64,000 bases of DNA. It comes from Candidatus Versatilivorator sp. GTDB taxonomy: Bacteria; Acidobacteriota; Terriglobia; Versatilivoradales; Versatilivoraceae. Positions 50,219 through 60,749 of the stretch are shown piece by piece. The stretch's first letter is position 1. The number at the start of each line of letters is the position of its first letter. The notes under the pieces were generated by a model. That model searched no databases. It saw only the letters and a program-made list of their open reading frames with translations, and had not been told where the DNA came from. Location: contig OZ242296.1 in NCBI GenBank assembly GCA_965207735.1, positions 32,001 through 96,000 on the forward strand, in the 5' to 3' direction. Both the position numbers and the translations under genes were made by a program.

Positions 50219-52428
50219 CAGTTCTCTCCGGTCCGAGAGGATTCCGCCCCCTCCAGGCCGGCCAGGTCCATCTTCAGGTTGTGGACCAGGAAACCCCACT
50301 GATCGGCCACTTCCTCGATGACCTTGCCGGTGGGCTTGCCGGCTCCGTGGCCGGCCTGGGTCTCGATCCGGATGAGCACCGGCGCCGCGCCCGACTGGGC
50401 GGCCTGCAGGGCGGCGGCGAACTTGTAGCTGTGGGCCGGCACCACCCGGTCATCGTGGTCGGCGGTGGTGATGAGCGTGGGCGGGTAGCGGGTGCCAGGT
50501 CGAAGGTTGTGAAGCGGAGAGTAGGCCAGCAGCGCCTTGAATTGCCGGGCATCCTCCGAGGAGCCGTAGTCGGATACCCAGGCCCATCCTATGGTGAATT
50601 TCTGGAAACGCAGCATGTCCAACACCCCGACCGCCGGCAGAGCGGCGCCGAACAGTTCCGGTCGTTGGGTCATGACGGCTCCCACCAGCAGACCGCCGTT
50701 GCTGCGCCCGCCGATGGCCAATTGGGAAGGACGGGTGTATTCATGCCGGATCAGCCATTCGGCAGCCGCAATGAAGTCATCGAAAACGTTCTGCTTGTTT
50801 TCCTTGGTCCCGGCCCGGTGCCACTCCTCTCCGTACTCGCCTCCGCCCCGCAGGTTGGGGACCGCCAACAGACCCCCCAGTTCCAGCCAGACCAGGTTGG
50901 CGACGGAGAAGTAAGGGGTCAGGGAGATGTTGAAGCCCCCGTAGCCGTACAGGTAGGTTGGGTGCGTCTGTTCCCGCGAGAGGTCCTTGCGGTGAGTCAG
51001 GAACATCGGGACTCGGGTCCCGTCCCTGCTCCGGTAGAAGACCTGCCGGGTCTCATAGTCTCGGGCGTCGAAGTCGACGCTCGGCTCCCGGAACAAGCGG
51101 CGCTTACCCGATGCGAGGTCCTGGTGGAAAATGGTCAGAGGAGTGGTGAATCCGGCGAAGCCGAAGAAGGTTTCCGTATCTCCTTTCCTGCCGTCGAAGC
51201 CGGTGACGGTGCCGAGCCCGGGAAGCTCGATGGTCCCGGCGGACTGCCCCTCGAGCCCAAAGAGCCGCACCGTGGAGTAGGCGTCCTTGAGGTAGGTGGC
51301 GATGAACCGGTGATCGATCAGGCTCACCTGTTCCAGCGTCTCGGCCGATTCCGGTATGACTTCCCTCCAGTGTGATCGGTCCGGCCGTTGAACGTCCACC
51401 GCAATCACCCGACCGCGCGGGGCCTCCAGGTCGGTGTGGAACCAGAAATGGGAACCGTCGTTGCCGATGAAGCGGTAGGACGCGTCGAAGTCGTCCAGCA
51501 GGGGGACGACCTCAGAGGCTGTGCCGTCAAGGGGCTGGATATAGACGCGATTTCGCCTGTCGGTGCCTTTCCATACGTGGATGACCAGATAGTTCCCGTC
51601 CTCGGTGACCAGAGGACTGAAGCCCCACTCCTTCCGATCGGGGCGCTCGTAGACCAGCACATCCTCCGATTGAGGCCTGCCGATCCGATGGTAGTAGAGT
51701 TTCTGATGGTAGTGGGTGTCGGTCGCACCGGGAGTTCCCTTGGGTTCGTTGTAGCGGCTGTAGTAGAATCCCCGATTGTCATCGTCCCATGAGGCGCCGG
51801 AAAACTTGATCCAACGCAGTGTCTCCTTCAAGTCCTTGCCTGTCGAGACCTCTCGAATCTTCCATTCCATCCAATCCGAACCGGAGGTTGAGAGACCGTA
51901 GGCCATGAATCTGCCATCAGGGCTGATGGAATAGTTGGCCAGGGCGATGGTCCCTTGAGCGGACAGCCGGTTGGGGTCCAAGAGCACCCGGGGCTTTCCG
52001 GTCAGGCTGGGAACCGTATAGAGCACGCTTTGGTTCTGGAGGCCGTCGTTCTTTCGGTAAAAATAGCGGCCGCCTTCCTTGTGGGGCACGCCGTAGCGTT
52101 CGTAGTTCCACAGCCGCTCCAGCTTTCTCCTGATTGGCGCCCGCTGAGGAATTTTGCCGAGGTATCGGAAAGTCAGAGAGTTTTGGGCCTGAATCCAGGA
52201 ACGAGTTTCTTCCGAATCGGGGTTTTCGAGCCAGCGATAGGGATCCGGGACGTCGATGCCGTGGTAGTGGTCCACCCGATCGGCTTTCCTGGCCTCGGGG
52301 TAGGCAAGGGAGCGACGTTCGGGAGAGGGTCCCGAGGAATGGGCTCGGGTCTGCTTGATCCCCGCCGCCAGCCATCCCAGGGACAGCGCTACCGTCAAGA
52401 CAACAACGAGGGGGAGCTCGTGTTTCAT
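50218..52428 (-). CDS. Prolyl oligopeptidase (S9A)
   Basis: DPYRWLE, GRSNGGLL and DDRVVPAHS. Confidence 0.95.
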   Translation of the reverse strand: MKHELPLVVVLTVALSLGWLAAGIKQTRAHSSGPSPERRSLAYPEARKADRVDHYHGIDVPDPYRWLENPDSEETRSWIQAQNSLTFRYLGKIPQRAPIRRKLERLWNYERYGVPHKEGGRYFYRKNDGLQNQSVLYTVPSLTGKPRVLLDPNRLSAQGTIALANYSISPDGRFMAYGLSTSGSDWMEWKIREVSTGKDLKETLRWIKFSGASWDDDNRGFYYSRYNEPKGTPGATDTHYHQKLYYHRIGRPQSEDVLVYERPDRKEWGFSPLVTEDGNYLVIHVWKGTDRRNRVYIQPLDGTASEVVPLLDDFDASYRFIGNDGSHFWFHTDLEAPRGRVIAVDVQRPDRSHWREVIPESAETLEQVSLIDHRFIATYLKDAYSTVRLFGLEGQSAGTIELPGLGTVTGFDGRKGDTETFFGFAGFTTPLTIFHQDLASGKRRLFREPSVDFDARDYETRQVFYRSRDGTRVPMFLTHRKDLSREQTHPTYLYGYGGFNISLTPYFSVANLVWLELGGLLAVPNLRGGGEYGEEWHRAGTKENKQNVFDDFIAAAEWLIRHEYTRPSQLAIGGRSNGGLLVGAVMTQRPELFGAALPAVGVLDMLRFQKFTIGWAWVSDYGSSEDARQFKALLAYSPLHNLRPGTRYPPTLITTADHDDRVVPAHSYKFAAALQAAQSGAAPVLIRIETQAGHGAGKPTGKVIEEVADQWGFLVHNLKMDLAGLEGAESSRTGEN

Positions 52429-52565
52429 GGGAAATCCTGCAATTCGGAAGGTATGTGGTCCGTCTGGTTGGGGCCGGTTCAAGGTTGCGGACGCGCCGCC
52501 GGCGCCGGGACCTCCGACTAAAATACAGCAGGGTTCGTCAGAGGGCAATGGGCGTTCAAAACCCC

Positions 52566-52724
52566 GAAGTGGAGAGTGGAGAGTGAAGAGTAGTCAGCGG
52601 AGTGTTTCGTGAACCGGCAAGCGCCTGATGACCTGGTTGAGCTTTTTTGAACGGCTGCATCGAGATCGACAAGATGCTTTAGGTGCCGACCAAATCACTC
52701 TCCACTCTCCACTATTCACTCTTC
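52566..52724. repeat. Inverted heptamer arrays (GGAGAGT)n ... (ACTCTCC)n
   Basis: Arrays at 52566-52591 and 52697-52724 flank about 105 nt. Confidence 0.85.
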
Positions 52725-52803
52725 CCCTACCCGCACAACCTTCTCATACGAGGGAGCGGCTCACACAGGGTGAACCAGGAGTGTTTCAAGGCGGGGTGTT
52801 TCA

Positions 52804-53565
52804 GTGTCACCAGTGATTCTGGCTGTCAAAAACCTTAGCAAGAGTTATGGAGAGCTGGTTGCCGTCGATCGGGTCAGCTTTTCGGTCCATCGCCAGGAAA
52901 TCTTCGGCATCCTGGGTCCCAACGGCGCTGGAAAGACCTCCACCCTGGAAATGATTGAAACGCTGAGGCCCATTGACACCGGGACGGTCATGCTGGATGG
53001 ACTGGACGTCAAAAAGCACCCCCGGCAGGTTCAGCAACGAATTGGCGTTCAACTCCAGGCGGCTTCCTTTTTCGAGAAACTCAATCTGAAGGAGTTGCTG
53101 CTGCTGTTCGGCGAACTCTACGGCCGGCCGGTCGATCCGGTGAAACTGTTGGGAGAGGTGGATCTGCAGGATCGCGCCAAGGCCCAGGTGGCCCAGCTTT
53201 CGGGGGGGCAGCAACAGCGTTTCTCCGTAGCGGCGGCCTTGGTGAACGATCCGCTGCTGCTGTTTCTGGACGAGCCGACCACCGGACTGGACCCCCAGGC
53301 TCGAAGACACCTCTGGGGGGTGATTCGCCGAATTCGTTCCGAAGGCAAGACGGTGGTCCTGACGACGCATTACATGGAGGAGGCCGAGGAATTGTGCGAT
53401 CGAGTGGCCATCATGGACCGGGGCAGGATTGTCGCCGACGCCCCTCCCCAGAAGCTCATCGGCGACCTCTTGGCGTCCGGATTCACGAAGGCACGGGTGG
53501 AGAGGCTGGCCAACCTGGAAGACGTCTTTCTCCACCTCACCGGCCACGCCTTGCAAGAAGATTGA
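52804..53565 (+). CDS. ABC transporter ATP-binding protein
   Basis: GPNGAGKT, LSGGQ and LDEPT. Confidence 0.95.
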   Translation: MSPVILAVKNLSKSYGELVAVDRVSFSVHRQEIFGILGPNGAGKTSTLEMIETLRPIDTGTVMLDGLDVKKHPRQVQQRIGVQLQAASFFEKLNLKELLLLFGELYGRPVDPVKLLGEVDLQDRAKAQVAQLSGGQQQRFSVAAALVNDPLLLFLDEPTTGLDPQARRHLWGVIRRIRSEGKTVVLTTHYMEEAEELCDRVAIMDRGRIVADAPPQKLIGDLLASGFTKARVERLANLEDVFLHLTGHALQED

Positions 53566-53668
53566 ATCGGGAATTTGGCCCGGCCCGTGCCCGGGTCGAT
53601 GGAATTTCGGAAGCGGCAACTGGAAATCCGGCGATTCCGCTACACTCCGCAACCGGCGGTGACAAACT

Positions 53669-54736
53669 ATGCGGCTGCGATGGAAATTGACGGTGGCGTC
53701 TCTGAAGATGTTCACCCGACAGAAGGAAGCCATCATCTGGACCATGTTGCTGCCGCTCTTCATGGTCTTTCTGTTCGGATTTGTCAGCTTCGAGGGACTG
53801 GAACCGATTCGGATCGGAGTGGCCGGTGCGAAGGACGAGCAGGCCGGCCGGTTGGTCGGGAGGCTTGGGGAGGTTCGGACGGTTCAGGTCACGCGCGGAG
53901 AGGAAAGCTCGGAGTTGGCGCAGCTCAAGGCCGGCAAGCGGCATCTGATTCTGGTCCTTCCCGAGGAGTTCGATCCCGCCGGGGGCTCGGAGCTGAGAGT
54001 CCTGGTCAATGACGGCAAGCCCGAGGAAACCCAATTGGGCCTGGTGATCCTGCGCAAGGTGCTGGACGATGCAACTTTCGGGATGCATTCGGCGCCGGAG
54101 CGAATTCCAATGACCGTCCGATCGGTAGCCAGCCGCCGATCGAGCTATATCGACTTCCTGCTTCCCGGCGTGCTGTCCCTGGCCATTATGCAGAGCGGCA
54201 TTTTCGGAGTGGCCTTCGGATTCGTTTCGCTCCGAAGACGGGGAGTGCTTCGCCGCCTCTCGGTGACTCCCATGAGACCCCAGGACTTCATTGCGGCCCA
54301 GGTGACGATGCGGCTGATGGTCCTGCTGGCGCAGATCGTTGTCCTGGTCGGGGTGGGGATTGTCTTCTTCGACCTGCAGTTCATGGGAAGCCTGCTGGAT
54401 CTTTTCGCCATGGGCCTGTTGGGCGGGGTCGTGTTCCTGGCCATAGGCTTTTTCCTGGCAGGAATCGCCAAAACGGAAGATCAGGTGGTCCCCCTGGCCA
54501 ACGTGGTTTCGCTCCCCATGATGCTTCTCTCGGGGGTATTCTTCAGCCGCTCCAATCTGCCCGAGCCGGTTCGGCTGGTCACCGAGTTCTTTCCCCTCAC
54601 CTACTTGGCCGACGGCATGCGAAGCATCGTGCTGGAAGGCTCGACTCTCTCGACCCATTGGCTCCAGTTGGGCGGCTTGGGATTGTGGAGCATCGTCGCT
54701 GTCTGGCTGGCGGTGAAGGTCTTTCGATGGGAGTAA
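53669..54736 (+). CDS. ABC-2 type permease
   Basis: Multiple TMs; YIDFLLPG and PLTY. Confidence 0.92.
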   Translation: MRLRWKLTVASLKMFTRQKEAIIWTMLLPLFMVFLFGFVSFEGLEPIRIGVAGAKDEQAGRLVGRLGEVRTVQVTRGEESSELAQLKAGKRHLILVLPEEFDPAGGSELRVLVNDGKPEETQLGLVILRKVLDDATFGMHSAPERIPMTVRSVASRRSSYIDFLLPGVLSLAIMQSGIFGVAFGFVSLRRRGVLRRLSVTPMRPQDFIAAQVTMRLMVLLAQIVVLVGVGIVFFDLQFMGSLLDLFAMGLLGGVVFLAIGFFLAGIAKTEDQVVPLANVVSLPMMLLSGVFFSRSNLPEPVRLVTEFFPLTYLADGMRSIVLEGSTLSTHWLQLGGLGLWSIVAVWLAVKVFRWE

Positions 54737-54775
54737 CCCCGTTGCTCCCCAGGCCGAGCCCGTAATTTCCCCTTC

Positions 54776-55999
54776 ATGGACTTGCTTTTCCTGCTTCTTG
54801 CCGGCGTGGTTCTCCTCAAGGGCTTGCTGGGTGTGCTGCACAGCCTGAGCTACCAGCGTTACCTCGACCGACAGCTGTCCCGAACACCACCTGCCTGGAT
54901 GCCTCCCGCCTCCGTGATCGTTCCCTGCAAGGGGAGCGAATTCGAACTGCGCGAGAACGTGGAAGCCATCCTGGATCAGGAGTTCGAAGACTACGAAGTC
55001 ATCTTTGTGACCGCCACCGAGGCCGATCCCTCGCTGGTGGCGCTCCGCCAGGCGGCGCGGAAATTTCTCGACCGGCGGGTCAAGTTCGTCGTGTCCGGAT
55101 TCTCGAGCCAGCGGGGAGAGAAGGTGCATAACCTCATGCGGGCCTTGGAAAGAGTCGATCCGGGCTCGCAGGTCCTGGTTTTCGCAGATTCGGACGGGCG
55201 CCCCCACCGGCATTGGCTTCGGGATCTCCTGTCGCCCCTGAGGGACCTCGAAACAGGAGCCTCCACCGGTTACCGGTGGTTCTTCCCCCGCGGTCGAAAC
55301 CTGGCCAGCCTTCTGCGGGCGACCTGGAACAGCTCCATAGCCACGCTGTTGGGGGGGCACCGTCACAACTTCGCCTGGGGAGGCTCGATGGCGATCCGGC
55401 GGTCGACCTTTGCGGCAGTGGACGTACCGGCTTTTTGGGAGCATTCCATCAGCGACGACTATTCCCTGACCGAGGCGGTGAACGCGGCGGGCTTGCGGAT
55501 TCACTTTGAACCTCGCTGCCTGGTTGCCTCCCATGGGGACTGCACCTGGAGAGAGCTGGTGGAATGGTCCACTCGCCAAATCATCATTACCAAGGTCTAC
55601 TCGCGAGGCCTCTGGAAGCTGGCGCTGCTTTCGGAGTGGCCCTTTGTGCTGTTCTGGTGGTGGGCGGTGGGTGAGCTGACAGTCTGGGCTCTGGGGGTCG
55701 GGGCGTTGATCCGGATCCCGTGGCTCCAGGGCGCCCCCTTGCTGCTCCTGCTGGGGGTGGTCTGGTTGCTGGGCGCCGTTCGCGGGCTCTTTCGCTGGAG
55801 AATGGTCCGCCGGATTCGACCCGAGCAGCGGGAGAGGCTCAATCGGGACTCTTGGGGATACCTGTTGCTGGGGCCGCTGGCGGCAACGCTGACCGCCTGC
55901 AACCTGGCGGTCTCCCTGTTCACCTCCACCATCGTGTGGCGCCGGGTTCGCTACGAAATGGTGTCCAGCCGCGAGGTGCGGGTGGTTCGGGATGGTTGA
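54776..55999 (+). CDS. Membrane glycosyltransferase (GT2/GT21, ceramide glucosyltransferase-like)
   Basis: VIVPCKG, EKVHNL, FADSD, SDD and RQ. Confidence 0.82.
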   Translation: MDLLFLLLAGVVLLKGLLGVLHSLSYQRYLDRQLSRTPPAWMPPASVIVPCKGSEFELRENVEAILDQEFEDYEVIFVTATEADPSLVALRQAARKFLDRRVKFVVSGFSSQRGEKVHNLMRALERVDPGSQVLVFADSDGRPHRHWLRDLLSPLRDLETGASTGYRWFFPRGRNLASLLRATWNSSIATLLGGHRHNFAWGGSMAIRRSTFAAVDVPAFWEHSISDDYSLTEAVNAAGLRIHFEPRCLVASHGDCTWRELVEWSTRQIIITKVYSRGLWKLALLSEWPFVLFWWWAVGELTVWALGVGALIRIPWLQGAPLLLLLGVVWLLGAVRGLFRWRMVRRIRPEQRERLNRDSWGYLLLGPLAATLTACNLAVSLFTSTIVWRRVRYEMVSSREVRVVRDG

Positions 56000-57057
56000 T
56001 CCGGGGACAGATGCAGTTGGCCGCAGGCGGCATGAATGTCCATTCCCCTGGGTCTCCGGACATAAGCAGGCAAGCCCTTACTCGTGAGAATCTCCCGAAA
56101 GCGGTTCACCCGCTTGGGGGACGAGGGTCTCAATCCGTTGGCATTGCCGGGGTTCAGGGGAAGGAGATTGACCTTCGAGCGGAGGTGAGCCAGCAGTTTG
56201 ACCAGGCGCCGGGCATCGTCGTCGCTGTCATTGACCCCGGCCATGAGGACATATTCAAACGTGACTCGTTGGTTTCCCTTGAGAGGAAAATCGGCGCAGG
56301 CCTGCAGGATCGTGTCGATGGGATACTTTCGGTTGATGGGCATCAACCGGTCACGCACCTCATCGGTGGTGGCGGAAAGCGAGACGGCCAGGTTGGGCAA
56401 TACGGGAGCCTGAGCCAGCTCCCTCATCTGGGGGGCCAACCCCACCGTCGACAGTGTGATCCTGCGGGGAGAAAGCGCCAGCCCCAGAGGATCGGCCATT
56501 ATGGAAAGGGATTTGAGGACGTTCTCGAGATTGAGCAGCGGCTCCCCCATTCCCATCAGCACCAGGTTTGTGAGCGCCGGACCGCTGCCGCTTGCCACGG
56601 AAACGACTTCAAGGTTCTTGTCACCAAGCACGTAGAGGACCTGTCCCAGGATCTCCGCCGGGCTGAGGTTGCGCTTGAACCCCAGCATGGCTGTCAAGCA
56701 GAAGCGGCAATCCAGGGGGCAGCCGGCCTGGGTCGAAATACAGAGGGTATTGCGCTTCCGCTCCGGGATCAAGACACACTCGATCTTCGCCCCGTCGCCC
56801 AGTTCCAGCAGGTATTTCTCGGTGCCGTCGGCGGCTCGCTGACGCCGTTGGAGCCGGGGCAGAGTGATGGTGCAGTTCGCGAGCTTCCGCCGCAGGTCCT
56901 TGGAGAGTTCGGTCATCGATCCCGGATCCAGTTGCCTCCGGCGGTAGAGGGCTCCATAGAGCTGTCGTCCATGGAAGGGTTCCTCCCCCCAATCGACCAT
57001 CATGGCAGCCAGTTCTGCCGGGGTCAGTCCCAGAAGCTCGCCCCTGGAAGCATCCAT
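55951..57057 (-). CDS. rlmN: 23S rRNA m2A2503 methyltransferase
   Basis: CISTQAGCPLDCRFC, MGMGEP and AACGQL. Confidence 0.96.
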   Translation of the reverse strand: MDASRGELLGLTPAELAAMMVDWGEEPFHGRQLYGALYRRRQLDPGSMTELSKDLRRKLANCTITLPRLQRRQRAADGTEKYLLELGDGAKIECVLIPERKRNTLCISTQAGCPLDCRFCLTAMLGFKRNLSPAEILGQVLYVLGDKNLEVVSVASGSGPALTNLVLMGMGEPLLNLENVLKSLSIMADPLGLALSPRRITLSTVGLAPQMRELAQAPVLPNLAVSLSATTDEVRDRLMPINRKYPIDTILQACADFPLKGNQRVTFEYVLMAGVNDSDDDARRLVKLLAHLRSKVNLLPLNPGNANGLRPSSPKRVNRFREILTSKGLPAYVRRPRGMDIHAACGQLHLSPDQPSRTTRTSRLDTIS

Positions 57058-57295
57058 TGCTAGAAGTCTCCTGTTTTCAACTGCTTCAAGCTTGAATGAG
57101 GATCATAACAGAGGCATTGCCGGGAGCGCAATCGGCGCTCGCACCCGGGTGCGGCAATTTGGTTCGGGAGGGGTTCGATGCTATATTTTGCACTTGATTT
57201 CAAACCTTGGTTCACGGCGTGAAGCGCCCGGGGTTTTTGACCCCGACGGGTGAGGCAAGCCCACCTGAAGGCGGGCCTGCCGCGTCGGAGGTGTT

Positions 57296-58447
57296 ATGGA
57301 CGGAAACCTGCGTTTCCGGCGTCTGCGGTTGCGGAATTGGCGAAACTTCACCAGCATCGAGGTTGCCATCCCGGACCGTCTATGTCTCATTGGCCCCAAC
57401 GCGTCAGGGAAATCCAATTTTCTGGATGTATTCCGTTTCCTGAGGGACTTGGCTGTGCCGGGTGGTGGCTTTCAGGCGGCCGTGGCTCGACGGGGCGGGG
57501 TGAGCACCATCCGCTGCCTGGCGGCCCGCAGGCAGTCGGAGGTCGAGATCGGAGTGGAATTGTCCGAGGGGAAGGGAGGGATTCAGTGGAACTACGAACT
57601 GGGCCTCACGCAGGATCGACAAAGAGGGGCCCTGGTTTGCAAGGAGCGGGTCTTGCGCGACTGCGTGGAACTGATCAAGCGTCCGGATGACGAGGACTAC
57701 GCCGACCGCGAACGTCTCACCCAGACCAGCCTGGAGCAGGCGAGCTCCAACCGGACCTTTCGTGAGTTGGCCGCCTTCTTGGCTTCCACTCGCTACCTGC
57801 ACATCGTGCCTCAGCTCATCCGCGACTCGGACCGCTCGGGGGGAGGCTCGAACGACCCTTATGGCAGCGATTTCCTGGAACAGGTGGCAGGGGTCCCGGA
57901 TCGCACCCGTAATGCGCGTCTCCGACGGATCGGGAAGGCCCTTCAGATGGCGGTTCCTCAACTGGAGGCCATCGATCTATGGCGGGATTCCCGGGGAACC
58001 CCCCATCTTCGCGGCAAGTACCGGCACTGGCGCCCCCAGGGCGCCTGGCAAACCGAAGAACAGTTCTCGGACGGTACTCTGAGGCTCATCGGCTTGTTCT
58101 GGTCGGCTATGGAGAGGGAGGGGCCCTTGTTGCTCGAGGAACCCGAACTCTCGCTCCATCCCGGCATGGTCCGAGCGCTGCCGAAGATGCTGGCCCGGGT
58201 GCAGCGCGGCACCGGAAGGCAGACCCTGTTGAGCACCCACTCGCCGGAACTGTTGCGAGACAAGAGAATTGGACTTCAGCAGGCTCTGGCCATCATTCCG
58301 GGAGCGGAGGGATCCCGAGCGATTCCCCTGGAATCGAACGGGAAAGCCCGCGAACTTCTGGAGAGCGGCTTTTCCCTTCCCAGTGACCTGGTCTCCGGGG
58401 TCGGGCCGGAGCACACGGGGCAACGTCCCCTGTTCGGGGAGGGGTAA
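57296..58447 (+). CDS. AAA_21/RecF-like ABC ATPase
   Basis: GPNASGKSN, SDGTLR, LLEEPE and STHSP. Confidence 0.88.
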   Translation: MDGNLRFRRLRLRNWRNFTSIEVAIPDRLCLIGPNASGKSNFLDVFRFLRDLAVPGGGFQAAVARRGGVSTIRCLAARRQSEVEIGVELSEGKGGIQWNYELGLTQDRQRGALVCKERVLRDCVELIKRPDDEDYADRERLTQTSLEQASSNRTFRELAAFLASTRYLHIVPQLIRDSDRSGGGSNDPYGSDFLEQVAGVPDRTRNARLRRIGKALQMAVPQLEAIDLWRDSRGTPHLRGKYRHWRPQGAWQTEEQFSDGTLRLIGLFWSAMEREGPLLLEEPELSLHPGMVRALPKMLARVQRGTGRQTLLSTHSPELLRDKRIGLQQALAIIPGAEGSRAIPLESNGKARELLESGFSLPSDLVSGVGPEHTGQRPLFGEG

Positions 58448-58591
58448 TTCATCTCCTTGAAAACCCCTTGGGGTTGTGCTAATTTCACAGCTTAAGCAGT
58501 CACCTACGCGGCTCGACGGATTCTCCCACTGCCGCAGCCACAGTCGAGTCTTCCGGAAAAACACAGCCCACACCCCCAGGGCACGGACTCC

Positions 58592-59860
58592 ATGGAGAAT
58601 GTCAATAAGGACGTGCTGGACAATGGGCTCACCGTTCTCACCGAGCGCATGCCTCATGTCCGTTCCGTTTCCATGGGAGTCTGGGTGAAAACGGGCTCTC
58701 GCAGCGAAAGCCCTGAACTGAACGGAGTCGCCCATTTCGTGGAGCACTTGTTGTTCAAGGGCACGCGGCGGCGCACGGCCGAAGAGATTGCCAAGGAGGT
58801 CGACTCCATCGGCGGCCACCTGGACGCCTTCACGGGAAAGGAAACCGCCTGTTACAGCGCCAAGGTTCTGGATGACCATCTCTCATTGGCTTTCGACATT
58901 CTTTCGGATCTCGTCCTCAACCCCCGCTTCGATCCCGAGGAGATGGAGAGGGAACGCAGCGTGGTTCTGGAGGAGATCAAGATGGAGGAGGACACTCCGG
59001 ACGACCTGGTTTGCGAGATCTTCACCCAGAACTTCTGGAGGGACCAGCCGCTGGGACGGCCAATCCTGGGAACCAGCCGGTCGGTCAACCGCCTGGACCG
59101 GGACGGGGTGGCCGGTTTTTTCCAGGAACACTACACTCCGGACCAGCTGGTGGTCTCGGCCGCGGGCCACTTGGACCACCGCAACATCCTGGACCTGGCC
59201 GTGCAGCATTTTGGCCACCTGGAACGCCGGCCCAACGGGCGAGCTCCGGCTCCGGCCAAGCCTTGCAATTCCATCTCCTTGCGCACCAAGAAAGAGCTGG
59301 AACAGGCCCACATCTGCCTGGGCGTGCCCGGCTGCGCCCTCACCGACCGCAACCGGTTCGCGTTTTATCTCTTGAGCACCATCCTGGGCGCCGGGATGAG
59401 TTCCCGGCTTTTCCAGAACATCAGGGAAAAGCAGGGTCTGGCCTATGCCATCTACTCGGGGTTGAGTTCATTCCGGGACACCGGCTGCCTTTCGGTCTAT
59501 GCGGGAACCTCTCTCGAAAATGCCGGCAAGGTTGTCAGTTCCGTCGTGCAAGAATTCCGTGACCTCAAGGAGCATCGAGTGAAGGACGAGGAACTTCGCC
59601 GCGCCAAGGATCACTTGAAGGGGAGTCTCCTCCTGAGCCTGGAATCCAGTTCCAGCCGCATGGGCAACCTGGCCCGTCAGGAACTCTATTTCGGGGATTA
59701 CACGCCTCCCCAGCAGACGATTCTGGAAATCGATCGAGTTTCCGCGGACCAAGTTCAGGCCTTGGCTCATTCGGTGTTCGACACTCGCCAGGTGGCGCTC
59801 AGCGTGCTGGGCAACCTGGAGGGGGTCCGGTTTACGCGTGCCGACCTGGATTGCGGTTGA
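58592..59860 (+). CDS. M16 family zinc peptidase
   Basis: HFVEHLLFKGT (HXXEH). Confidence 0.93.
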   Translation: MENVNKDVLDNGLTVLTERMPHVRSVSMGVWVKTGSRSESPELNGVAHFVEHLLFKGTRRRTAEEIAKEVDSIGGHLDAFTGKETACYSAKVLDDHLSLAFDILSDLVLNPRFDPEEMERERSVVLEEIKMEEDTPDDLVCEIFTQNFWRDQPLGRPILGTSRSVNRLDRDGVAGFFQEHYTPDQLVVSAAGHLDHRNILDLAVQHFGHLERRPNGRAPAPAKPCNSISLRTKKELEQAHICLGVPGCALTDRNRFAFYLLSTILGAGMSSRLFQNIREKQGLAYAIYSGLSSFRDTGCLSVYAGTSLENAGKVVSSVVQEFRDLKEHRVKDEELRRAKDHLKGSLLLSLESSSSRMGNLARQELYFGDYTPPQQTILEIDRVSADQVQALAHSVFDTRQVALSVLGNLEGVRFTRADLDCG

Positions 59861-59946
59861 GGGGTCGGCCCAGGCAAGGCCACGGAGTTCAGGGACGGTC
59901 GCAGGGAAGTGGAGAGTGAAGACAAGACAAGCCCGGCGGAGCGACA

Positions 59947-60723
59947 GTGGCGGTTAGGGTCTCAATTCTGGGCAGCGGGAGTTCCGGCAACTGCACCTTT
60001 ATTGCCACCGGAAGAGTCAAGCTGCTTCTGGATGCAGGATTCAGTCGGGCCCAGACGGCCAGGAGGCTGCTGGCCATCGGAGAATCGCTGGAAGACATCG
60101 ATGCCCTGCTCATCTCACATGAGCACACCGACCACGTCAAGGGCTTGGCCGGGCTCCTGAAGACCTGTGATATTCGCACCTTCATCGGAGATGGGACTTA
60201 CGAGGCTCTCTCAATCAAGCCGGTGCTGAAAAAGAGGGAATGCCTCAGAGCTGGAGAGTCGTTTCAGCTTGGCGATCTGAAGATAACCCCGTTTCCGGTT
60301 TCCCACGATGCTGCTGACCCCCTGGCCTTCAATCTGGAAGCCGAGGGAGTCAAGATCTCTCATGTGACGGATCTGGGCGTTCTCACCGAATTGGTGCGGC
60401 GCCGTATGGCAGGCAGCGACCTGCTGGTCCTGGAGTCGAACCATGACCTGGAAATGTTGCGCCTCAGCCCCTATCCCTGGGCGGTGAAGCAACGAATCAT
60501 GAGTCGCCATGGCCACCTTTCCAATGAGAGTGTCGGAAAGTTCTTCGAAGAGGACTTCGACGGAAAGGCCGGATACATCCTGCTGGCCCACCTGAGCGAG
60601 AACAACAACCATCCCGATATTGCGCGCATGGTCGCCCGTAAAGCTTTGGAAAAGAAAGGCTTTGAAGTCGACAACCTGATCCTGGCCTCTCGGTCCGGTC
60701 CGAGCAGGGTCATCCGATTCTAG
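59947..60723 (+). CDS. MBL-fold metallohydrolase (YycJ/WalJ-like)
   Basis: GSGSSGN, SHEHTDH, LESNHD and HLSENNN. Confidence 0.9.
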   Translation: MAVRVSILGSGSSGNCTFIATGRVKLLLDAGFSRAQTARRLLAIGESLEDIDALLISHEHTDHVKGLAGLLKTCDIRTFIGDGTYEALSIKPVLKKRECLRAGESFQLGDLKITPFPVSHDAADPLAFNLEAEGVKISHVTDLGVLTELVRRRMAGSDLLVLESNHDLEMLRLSPYPWAVKQRIMSRHGHLSNESVGKFFEEDFDGKAGYILLAHLSENNNHPDIARMVARKALEKKGFEVDNLILASRSGPSRVIRF

Positions 60724-60749
60724 CCCGCTTTTGAGGAGGGTTACCCACC

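Noticed and set aside
55951-55999. 49-bp convergent overlap of rlmN and the glycosyltransferase
   Set aside because: Short tail overlaps are common; no extra signal seen
57255-57282. Hairpin GGCAAGCCCACCTGAAGGCGGGCCTGCC upstream of the ATPase as a riboswitch or REP
   Set aside because: Single imperfect copy with no recognisable aptamer
60720-60730. CTAGCCCGC after the MBL hydrolase stop as another TIR scar
   Set aside because: Only 9 nt match; suggestive but could be chance
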